A stretch of DNA of 64,000 bases from an uncultured Bacteroidia bacterium (lineage in GTDB: Bacteria > Bacteroidota > Bacteroidia > Bacteroidales > CAJPTX01): positions 413 through 64,412 of the forward strand of contig CALHSW010000076.1 in the NCBI GenBank assembly GCA_938038735.1, given 5' to 3'. Under the pieces are notes generated by a model that saw only the letters and a program-made list of their open reading frames with translations, was not told the origin of the DNA and searched no databases. The position numbers and the translations under genes are program-made. Below, one piece after another: positions 18,834 to 25,968 of the stretch (positions are counted from its first letter, which is position 1; each line of letters starts with the position of its first letter).

Positions 18834-20639
18834 CTATTTGGATGCAGCAGAGGCGAAAAGATCCTTCACCCCATCCTCGTTGAGCAGTATATACGTTGGG
18901 GAGCCGAGAGGGTCAATGGCGGGCGCATGGCAGGCGAAGAGGTCGTGGAGCAGCGTCTGTAGCTGTTGCTCCGCGAGGGACTGCGCCCTACCAATGGCGG
19001 CGGCAAAGGCCAAGTGCTTCAGGTAGTCATCATGCGCCTCGGCGTGTGCCGATTCGTTGGTGGAGTGGTCTGTATCTAACATTTCTACTACAAGGTCGGC
19101 ACACTTATCGGGTGATAGCCAGTGGGGTATTGCGAGCAGGGATAGGGTGGAGGTGGCATCCTGCTGCTGAACGGCGAAGCCCAACTTTTGCGCCTCTGGA
19201 ATGAAGTCTTGCAGCACGGCGCGTTGGGTAGCGTTAAGGGGAATGGTAATCGGCATGGCAAGGCGCTGCGAAACGCCATGCTGAGGCGCTGCCGCGCAGA
19301 GCTGCTCGTAGAGAATACGGGCGTGCGCCCTATGCTGATCCACGATGGCAACAAGCCCCTCGCCCATTGGGGTCACGATGTAGTGGTCTGCAAGCTGGAA
19401 AGCTTTGCTTAGGGCGGCTTGCGACGTGAGCGAGGGCGGCTGCGAAAGGCTGTTCATCTGCGAAGGAATGGCCCTGCGCATACTTCCGTCCCCGGTTGGT
19501 TTTGCCGTATTGGGCATTCGCCAAGGAGCATCGGCCAGCGCGCTCGCCGACTCCGTGCGCTCCTGCTCCGAGATAGAGAAAAAGGAGGAGGGCGGGAAGA
19601 AACTGCTAGAGGTGAGCGGCGGTGTGCTGAAATCTATCTGCGGCATGCCGCTATGCTTCCCGAGCACCTCCCGCACGGCGGAGTGCAGCAGCTGCCATAT
19701 CACTTGGTCGTTTTCAAATTTAATCTCCGTTTTCTGCGGGTGGATATTCACGTCGATGGTAGCGGGGTCAACTGTGAAGAAAACGAAGAAGATAGGCATC
19801 ATGTCGGTGGCTATCAGCTTCTCGAATGCGGCGTAGATGGCCCTATTGAGGGCGGGGTTACGCATGAAGCGTGCGTTGACGAAGAGGAACTGCTCCCCGG
19901 CTCTCCGCTTTGCCGCTTTGGGCGTTCCGATAAACCCCTCAATGTCCACAAGGTCAGTGTGAACGGTTATGGGGAGGAGGTTCTTTTCGAGCTTCTGCCC
20001 GAAGAGGGCGAGAATGCGCTCCTTGCGATTGGATACGTGTAGGTCGTATAGCACCGCGCTATCGTGCGATAGGCGCATAGCCACCTGCGGGTTGGCTAGC
20101 GCAACACGTTGAAACTCGCTGACAATATGCTTTAGCTCCACGGAAGTACTCTTCAGGAAGCGCCGCCTCGCCGGTACATTGAAGAAGAGGTTCCGTACAA
20201 AAAAGTTTGTGCCAACAGGCGCAGCCACGGGGGTGTGGTCAAGCACCTTAGACGCCGCAAGCGTTACCTGCGTACCCATCTCATCCTCAGCGCGCCGCGT
20301 TATGAGCGTTACCTCAGCCACGGCGGCAATTGAGGCGAGAGCCTCTCCGCGGAAGCCCATAGTGGCAATGGCACTAAGGTCGTGCGCCTCATGAATTTTT
20401 GACGTAGCGTGGCGTTCAAAGCATAGCCGCGCGTCGGTGTGCGACATACCCTGCCCGTTGTCCACCACCTGAATTCCCGCCTTCCCCGCGTCGAACGCAT
20501 TGAGCTGTATTGCCGATGCACCCGCATCGATGCTATTCTCCAGCAGCTCCTTCACCACGGAGGCGGGGCGCTGCACCACCTCCCCCGCGGCGATTTGGTT
20601 CGCTACGCTGTCCGGCAAAAGGTTGATGATATCCGACAT
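18834..20639 (-). CDS. mutL: DNA mismatch repair endonuclease MutL
   Basis: N-terminal GHKL ATPase signature IINLLPDSVANQIAAGEVVQRPASVVKELLENSIDAG. 601 aa. Confidence 0.93.
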   Translation of the reverse strand: MSDIINLLPDSVANQIAAGEVVQRPASVVKELLENSIDAGASAIQLNAFDAGKAGIQVVDNGQGMSHTDARLCFERHATSKIHEAHDLSAIATMGFRGEALASIAAVAEVTLITRRAEDEMGTQVTLAASKVLDHTPVAAPVGTNFFVRNLFFNVPARRRFLKSTSVELKHIVSEFQRVALANPQVAMRLSHDSAVLYDLHVSNRKERILALFGQKLEKNLLPITVHTDLVDIEGFIGTPKAAKRRAGEQFLFVNARFMRNPALNRAIYAAFEKLIATDMMPIFFVFFTVDPATIDVNIHPQKTEIKFENDQVIWQLLHSAVREVLGKHSGMPQIDFSTPPLTSSSFFPPSSFFSISEQERTESASALADAPWRMPNTAKPTGDGSMRRAIPSQMNSLSQPPSLTSQAALSKAFQLADHYIVTPMGEGLVAIVDQHRAHARILYEQLCAAAPQHGVSQRLAMPITIPLNATQRAVLQDFIPEAQKLGFAVQQQDATSTLSLLAIPHWLSPDKCADLVVEMLDTDHSTNESAHAEAHDDYLKHLAFAAAIGRAQSLAEQQLQTLLHDLFACHAPAIDPLGSPTYILLNEDGVKDLFASAASK

Positions 20640-20647
20640 CTTCCTTT

Positions 20648-20935
20648 CTAGAGTCTCAAGTAAACGTAGAACACTAGCACCAGCACGCCAAAAATGATTA
20701 GCGTACGCACCCCCTGCGCCCGTCGCGGGGAGTGTGAACGCTGGGCCCGCGCGGAGTCAAAGGCCATGCGCATGCGCACCTGCGCCAGCCCGCTTGTAGC
20801 GTCCGTTTGCTCGCCACGCTCTAGACGTGCAGCCTCTTCGAGAGCCCTGATACGCTCCTTGCGCGGATCGTAGTAGCGCGCCTTGAAGTCAAACTGCCTC
20901 GGTTTTCGGGTTGCAAAAGGACTATAAATTCCCAT
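20648..20935 (-). CDS. Small hypothetical protein with a C-terminal TM helix (first gene of the mutL operon)
   Basis: Start moved to the ATG at 20935 (MGIYSPF...), which lies 22 nt downstream of a -7 box. The track ORF start (21004) would lie upstream of the promoter. Confidence 0.55.
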   Translation of the reverse strand: MGIYSPFATRKPRQFDFKARYYDPRKERIRALEEAARLERGEQTDATSGLAQVRMRMAFDSARAQRSHSPRRAQGVRTLIIFGVLVLVFYVYLRL

Positions 20936-20957
20936 CTCTATTCCATTGAATCGTTTG

Positions 20958-20965
20958 CAAAGGTA
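20958..20965 (-). promoter_or_regulatory. -7 box TACCTTTG for the small-ORF/mutL/rhomboid/EEP/apbE operon
   Basis: Plus-strand CAAAGGTA equals minus-strand TACCTTTG, an exact TAnnTTTG match. Confidence 0.5.
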
Positions 20966-21073
20966 GTGAATTTTCGTCTTCTCCCCCATGGGGCTTTTCC
21001 CCATTGGCGATACGAAGCGTTACGCCTACTTGCGCTGCTAGTGCTGTACAGCTCTTCTTACGCCGCACCAATG

Positions 21074-23449
21074 CTAGTACAGCGTTCCTCGGTCTGTATC
21101 CTCATTCTCCAAGCTGCGTCGGGGTCGGTAATCATTCCCCGCCGAGAAGTAGTAGCTAACGGTAAGGCTCGCCTTCCAATGCTCATCCTGCTCCGTTGTC
21201 CTCTGCCACTGATACAAGTCAAAAACATCGTGGCTTACCGTTTCGTAGCTGACGGCCCTAAACATGTACTCCAATGCCAGGTAGATGCTCCACGAATCGT
21301 TACCCCAAAACCCCATTAATGAGGTTGATTCGTGATTCTTAGTGTACGAGCCCTGCGAGAGCGCGCTGTACGGGATAGAAACATCTCCCTGCGCGCCCCA
21401 TCCCTGGTATTGAAACGAAATGCTCGCCCCCGCAGGGAAGGAGAAACCGGATGCCGCCTTCTCCTTAGTAAACTGGAATAGCGAGTAGCACGCCTTTGCG
21501 TATGGGCTAAGGGTAAGCCTATCATCTCCGAGGGGCTTAATGGATAGGCTGAGGCTCAGCTCGGCAAGCTGGGAGAATTGGCCGTTGTTTGCTTGCGTGA
21601 CCATAGCCTTCCTCCCGCCAATGTCAGCCAGCCCATAGCCTACGTACCAAAATCTATGCGTGTACCCATACCTCGCGGCACTTCGGATGGCGATGTAAGC
21701 ATTACGCCACATGTAGGAGAGCTGCGCCATGGCATCGTAGCTATTCTTCAGCATGGGATTGTTACGCCGGTATAAATCCTCCCGGATTTGAATTGTGGCT
21801 TCCGTGGTCTCCCCGAACTCCGGGATGTTGTTCTGCGTCCCTAGGTCAAGCCGTAGGCGGCTGTTATGCGGCAGGTACCATCCGAACGACACGCTAGGGT
21901 TGAAGGTCCAGTGCACCTGCGATTGGTCAAGCCCCCGGTGGCTGGATACGTAATGTACATTCACCGCGGGCACCGCCCGAAAGAAAAAATTGTTGCGCGA
22001 TATGCTCCACGCTGCGTAAGCGCGGTCACGCAGCTGGTGCTGTTGATCAATTGCGTTAAGCGCATCCGATTGATTGATAGAAATTTTAGCATGCGAGAAC
22101 ATCAACGTTGTTCCGGCGTTGAATGCCATCTTCCCAATCGGCAATTCGTAGTCAAGCTGGGCAATGATGGAGTTCTTATCAGTTTTGGCATTCAAATCGT
22201 TGGCCATCACGCCCTCTTCCTTCGCAGCGATTAGGTACTCGTGTGCCGCATATTTGGTGTAGCTGTTTGCATTCGTATACACCACGTTAGCCGTAAGTTT
22301 ATCGTTCCGCTTCGCAAAGTAGTGGTCGTAGTACAAATCCACCACATGCACAAGCGAACCGTTGTTCGATAGCTGGGTCCCGCGGCGTTGCTGCCTATTA
22401 TTGCCGAGTAGCACGAGTCCCTCGTACGTGTTGGGATTGCTAAACTGATCCCACCTGCCTGAATAAAAAACCTCGAGAAACTGTTTTTTAGGCTCGTTGT
22501 AGGAGTAGCTTAACTTGAGAAAGGCATTGCTAGAAGTGAATTTACTTAGCCCTTCCACCTCGTACCTGTTTTGGCGCCATGTTGTGTAGTCCGTGATTTC
22601 CTCTCCAATCCTGCCCTTTCTTAGTTTTCTAAAAAAGCCTTTACTGAAAAGTTTGAATTGGTGCCCACCAGAGTTGTAGTTGTAGTAAATCCGTCCCGAA
22701 ACGTCCGACATCAGCGGGGCTGTGTAGACCTCGAACCCGGCGTGGTGGCCATCGTCAAGCGGTTTGGTAATCACATCGATTACAGGCTTGGTGGTGTTGT
22801 ATCGCTCTGGAGCCACGTCGAAGTAGTCAATGTGAACAATCTTCGATGCGGAAATTGACCGTAGCTCCTGCATGGTTCCATGGTGTCCATTGATGAGGAT
22901 AAGGGGCGGCTCTCCGCCTATTGCTGAGGCAATCTCCCCATTGCCAGCCAGTTTGAGCTCGGGGAGTAGCAATGCAAGGTTAAAGCTAGTTTTTGCCTCG
23001 CGCATCTGCGCTGAGCTAAAGGAATAGCTTTGGCGATTGATTCCAACTTTCCGCAGGGCTGACACCCTCACTGCGTCCATCTCTACCGTTTTTGACTCTT
23101 TGGCCAAATTGAAATCACGCCGTGAAATACCAGCGATGCTATCGGTAGGAATTGTTTTGACGACCGCCTCAAACCCCACGTAGCACACCTCTACGAGGTA
23201 TTGCTTAGCGTAGGGCGGTTCTATATTGAGTACGTAGAACCCGCTCTTGTCCGTATAGGTAAAGCGTACCGGATTCGCCGTCACCGAATCGGCATGTAGG
23301 GCAACGAGGGCCATCTCGGCCGGTGTCCCTTCCTCCAAAATGACATACCCATTTACCGCTTTCTTTTCTTTTGGCTCTTGCGCCAACGCCCCGCTACCCA
23401 CAATGCTACATAGGGATAACACTAGTAGAAGTACTACAAATTTGCTCAT
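21074..23449 (-). CDS. TonB-dependent-receptor-like outer-membrane beta-barrel protein (CarboxypepD_reg-like + plug-like + barrel), third gene of the RiPP operon
   Basis: Signal peptide MSKFVVLLLVLSLCSIVGSGALAQ. N-terminal Ig-like segment NGYVILEEGTPAEMALVAL...GFYVLNI. Plug-like NLALLLPELKL...GEPPLILINGH...IVHIDYFDVAPERYN. Alternating beta-strand pattern with a C-terminal aromatic residue. Starts 9 nt after the rSAM stop. Confidence 0.82.
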   Translation of the reverse strand: MSKFVVLLLVLSLCSIVGSGALAQEPKEKKAVNGYVILEEGTPAEMALVALHADSVTANPVRFTYTDKSGFYVLNIEPPYAKQYLVEVCYVGFEAVVKTIPTDSIAGISRRDFNLAKESKTVEMDAVRVSALRKVGINRQSYSFSSAQMREAKTSFNLALLLPELKLAGNGEIASAIGGEPPLILINGHHGTMQELRSISASKIVHIDYFDVAPERYNTTKPVIDVITKPLDDGHHAGFEVYTAPLMSDVSGRIYYNYNSGGHQFKLFSKGFFRKLRKGRIGEEITDYTTWRQNRYEVEGLSKFTSSNAFLKLSYSYNEPKKQFLEVFYSGRWDQFSNPNTYEGLVLLGNNRQQRRGTQLSNNGSLVHVVDLYYDHYFAKRNDKLTANVVYTNANSYTKYAAHEYLIAAKEEGVMANDLNAKTDKNSIIAQLDYELPIGKMAFNAGTTLMFSHAKISINQSDALNAIDQQHQLRDRAYAAWSISRNNFFFRAVPAVNVHYVSSHRGLDQSQVHWTFNPSVSFGWYLPHNSRLRLDLGTQNNIPEFGETTEATIQIREDLYRRNNPMLKNSYDAMAQLSYMWRNAYIAIRSAARYGYTHRFWYVGYGLADIGGRKAMVTQANNGQFSQLAELSLSLSIKPLGDDRLTLSPYAKACYSLFQFTKEKAASGFSFPAGASISFQYQGWGAQGDVSIPYSALSQGSYTKNHESTSLMGFWGNDSWSIYLALEYMFRAVSYETVSHDVFDLYQWQRTTEQDEHWKASLTVSYYFSAGNDYRPRRSLENEDTDRGTLY

Positions 23450-23458
23450 GTAAGCTTG

Positions 23459-24961
23459 TCAGTTTATGTGCCAGTATGTATTAATCGGTTTTGGAGCCTT
23501 CGGGCATAGTGGATCAGGAAAAAAGCAATTATCCTCCCCATACGCCATGAGGACCGTCTTCCAGCACACCCCTCTCTCCCGCCGACACGCATCAAAATCG
23601 TTGCATGTTCTACATGGACTATCGGATGGAATATTGCCCCTCTTCAAATAGAACAAGTCAAGCGCCTTTTGAGAATTCCACACCTCTAGGAGGCTTTTCT
23701 CTTTGAGGTCGCCTATAATGAATGTGGGATTATCGTAAAGCTCCTCGCAAATCGTCACCCTTCCATCTGGTAAAACTACCGCGCTCCTTGTGTTTGCTGT
23801 GCAAAACGCACGACTAGCAAAACGGCGGCTGGAGCTACGGTTCTCGAGAGAGTGTTCACCTTCAGAAAAGGTGAACCGTATCTGCGGATACCTGCTTTTC
23901 ACCTCTCCGTTAAGATGCACTGAGAGCGTATCTATTGCGCTTCGTGCAGCAGCATAGGCGGAGAAAGACTTCCTGTAGAGAGAATATCCAGCGGGTGAAA
24001 ACGATATTTGTTTTACGCATGTATGCTCAGATAAAAATTCAACGAGAGCATCCATGCTCTGAATTGACGAGTTCTTATTGGTAATCAACGAGTTGATCTG
24101 TACATGAACCCCCGCATTACTCAGCATGCCTAAAGCGTTTGACATGTCTCTGATGTATCGATTCCCTTGAACGCGAAGCAAAGCCGAACTCGCTTCATAG
24201 TCCACAGTGTCCATTGAAATCTGAAATCGCGGTATGCCTAAGTCAATAATTTTCTCCGCAACATCTTCCTTAATTGGGATTTTCGTTGATATGAGGGGAG
24301 AATATCCATGCGCAACGAGCGCTTTAACCACATCAAACCACTGTGGGTAAAGTAACACCTCTCCTCCATTGATGTCCACTTTAGCCACTCCTTTTTCTGC
24401 TGCCTGTTCAATCAAATCCAAGACAGCCTCATATCCAAATGCGGGGTGGTTGGGTATGGGACGCCTTGCGTAGCAATATACGCAATCGGTTAAGCATTTA
24501 GTTGTCAAGACCACATTCAAATTCACAGGAACGCCCAACCTCTCTGGTGGAGTAAAGTCGTACGCTTCTGACGTAAATACATCTGGGTCGTACGACCTGA
24601 AAGTAAGACCGTCCCTTACTGGAACCAGCATGTACTGTGGCACGGTTTGCGTTGCGCTACCGATTCGATTGGATACAACTTCACTGTTATTAATGTACAG
24701 ACTTGCACAATCAACGCAGGCATCGAAGGGCACACCCAGCCTTTCCGATGCCTGTTGTGCTGCCTCTCGTAGCGTCCGCCTCCCATCGAAGCAAGCAAAT
24801 AGAATAGCGGTTAGCAAATGGATATGTGTAAGAAAACCCTCCCTATGCGGTATCTCTTCGAATACCCTGCCGCCTTCGCAAAGCGTACCCACTCCGCCAT
24901 CGCGCCGCATACAGTAGTTAGGGTTGATACCAACAATCACATTTGAATCGATCCTTTCCAT
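23459..24961 (-). CDS. Radical SAM/SPASM-domain peptide maturase with an N-terminal RRE(PqqD)-like region (CXXX-repeat-target type suspected)
   Basis: CX3CX2C at TKCLTDCVYCYARR. C-terminal auxiliary-cluster pattern FCTANTRSAVVLPDGRVTIC (CX12GX4C), then CRTCNDFDACRRERGVC and CFFPDPLC. N-terminal LLTAILFACFDGRRTLREAAQQASERLGV resembles a PqqD-like RiPP recognition element. Confidence 0.85.
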   Translation of the reverse strand: MERIDSNVIVGINPNYCMRRDGGVGTLCEGGRVFEEIPHREGFLTHIHLLTAILFACFDGRRTLREAAQQASERLGVPFDACVDCASLYINNSEVVSNRIGSATQTVPQYMLVPVRDGLTFRSYDPDVFTSEAYDFTPPERLGVPVNLNVVLTTKCLTDCVYCYARRPIPNHPAFGYEAVLDLIEQAAEKGVAKVDINGGEVLLYPQWFDVVKALVAHGYSPLISTKIPIKEDVAEKIIDLGIPRFQISMDTVDYEASSALLRVQGNRYIRDMSNALGMLSNAGVHVQINSLITNKNSSIQSMDALVEFLSEHTCVKQISFSPAGYSLYRKSFSAYAAARSAIDTLSVHLNGEVKSRYPQIRFTFSEGEHSLENRSSSRRFASRAFCTANTRSAVVLPDGRVTICEELYDNPTFIIGDLKEKSLLEVWNSQKALDLFYLKRGNIPSDSPCRTCNDFDACRRERGVCWKTVLMAYGEDNCFFPDPLCPKAPKPINTYWHIN

Positions 24962-24996
24962 ATCCGAGCTAGGAGATGGCTACTTCGCTTACACCC

Positions 24997-25039
24997 AAAA
25001 GAAGCACGGCGAGACTCCGCGCTAACGTTCGCCGCTTCT
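24997..25039 (-). terminator. Candidate partial terminator/attenuator hairpin between the precursor and maturase genes
   Basis: Minus strand: AGAAGC-GGCGA / TCGCC-(GT bulge)-GCTTCT, 16-nt loop, then TTTGGG. It lies in the 113-nt spacer. Confidence 0.35.
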
Positions 25040-25074
25040 CCCAAATTCTATTGAATACTAACTCAATGAATAGC

Positions 25075-25269
25075 CTATTTGTGACCTATTTGCCCTGCAT
25101 TTCCACCCGTCTTACTGCTCTCCTTGCATCCGTCCTTACAGCTTTCCCTACAACTCTCTTTGCAGCTGTCAAACCAGCAGTTAAACCATCCAGAATCAGC
25201 CGACGTGCCGCCCGTTCCGCCAAGGATGTCAAGCTTCTCTTCCTGGGTAAACTCATCGATACTCTTCAT
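25075..25269 (-). CDS. RiPP precursor peptide: double-glycine leader + C-x3 cysteine-repeat core (64 aa)
   Basis: MKSIDEFTQEEKLDILGG | TGGTSADSGWFNCWFDSCKESCRESCKDGCKESSKTGGNAGQIGHK. ATG at 25269 lies 46 nt downstream of a -7 box. Four 12-nt TG(C/T)-AxG-GAx-xxx units are visible in the DNA. Confidence 0.8.
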   Translation of the reverse strand: MKSIDEFTQEEKLDILGGTGGTSADSGWFNCWFDSCKESCRESCKDGCKESSKTGGNAGQIGHK

Positions 25270-25314
25270 AATTACGCCCCTTTCTCGTTTTATGTCTGTA
25301 ACAATCAAACAGCA

Positions 25315-25322
25315 CAAAGTTA
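25315..25322 (-). promoter_or_regulatory. -7 box TAACTTTG driving the precursor/rSAM/barrel operon
   Basis: Plus-strand CAAAGTTA equals minus-strand TAACTTTG. No canonical -33 TTTG at 19-21 nt spacing. Confidence 0.5.
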
Positions 25323-25753
25323 AAACTTTTTTTTTAACAGAAGAGCTATTCAAAGCATCTTTTCAACTGAGACATGTAAGGTGCTTGTATTCAATGGCTT
25401 GTTAGTAAAAAAAACTACGCATCAAAAAAGCTTAACCCCAAAAACGGCAGTCTGCGGCAATGTGCAGCCCCCCTTCCGCAGCGTAGAAAGGATAGTGACG
25501 AGCTTTGCAAATACTATACTCATGCATCTAAAGCGAAGCTAGGGGCCTTTGCTGCGCGGCGAACCGCAGTTCGGCTATTACCAAGGGCGCACGCGTCTCC
25601 TCCTTGGTACGTTCTATACCTCCGCCCGCACCATGTCCTGTGTGCCGCCCATCCTCCAAGCGTGTATCGTAGCAAACAGAGGGGGCTTACCGTGGGCGTA
25701 CTATTCATGGCTCCCAATCGTTCTGCGCAACCCCGCACCGAAGCCGCACCAAA

Positions 25754-25805
25754 TTCGCATCAAATTCGGATTTCTCCGGAGAAATCCGAATTTGATGCGA
25801 AGGGG
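25754..25805. repeat. Palindromic intergenic repeat, copy 1 (52 bp identical to 61632-61683; perfect 48-bp palindrome at 25754-25801)
   Basis: TTCGCATCAAATTCGGATTTCTCC|GGAGAAATCCGAATTTGATGCGAA is self-complementary around a central CCGG. The same 52-mer recurs at 61.63 kb. Confidence 0.9.
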
Positions 25806-25968
25806 ATCCGAATTTAGGGCATGTTTTTCCCAGTTTTAATGCGCCATTGGGCAACGTAACCGGGGAGGAAGCGAAGGGGTAGGCGATACGTTTCAAAGTT
25901 TTGATTAACTTCGCGAAGGTGATGTGGTTGCTAGAGAATGGATTGACGTATAACGAAACAAGGGTAAA

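Noticed and set aside
19419-20042. A 207-aa plus-strand ORF inside mutL
   Set aside because: It is antisense to mutL, has no motifs and is Arg/Gly-rich.
25075-25353. The 92-aa version of the precursor ORF (MNSSSVKKKVLTLCCLIVTDIKRERGVI + peptide)
   Set aside because: Its first 28 codons lie upstream of or across the TAACTTTG -7 box (25315-25322). The extension has no leader-like features. The internal ATG at 25269 gives a canonical GG-leader peptide.
25124-25405. The 93-aa plus-strand ORF antisense to the precursor (MHPSLQLSLQLSLQLS...)
   Set aside because: The repetitive SLQL pattern is just the reverse-complement reading of the Cys-repeat codons. There is no independent support.
25672-25700. 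AACAGAGGGGGCTTACCGTGG resembles the conserved 3' ACAGAAxxCGGCUUA element of bacterial RNase P RNA
   Set aside because: The obligatory GAGGAAAGUCCGGGC element and other type-A core motifs are absent within 400 nt on that strand. This is probably chance similarity.
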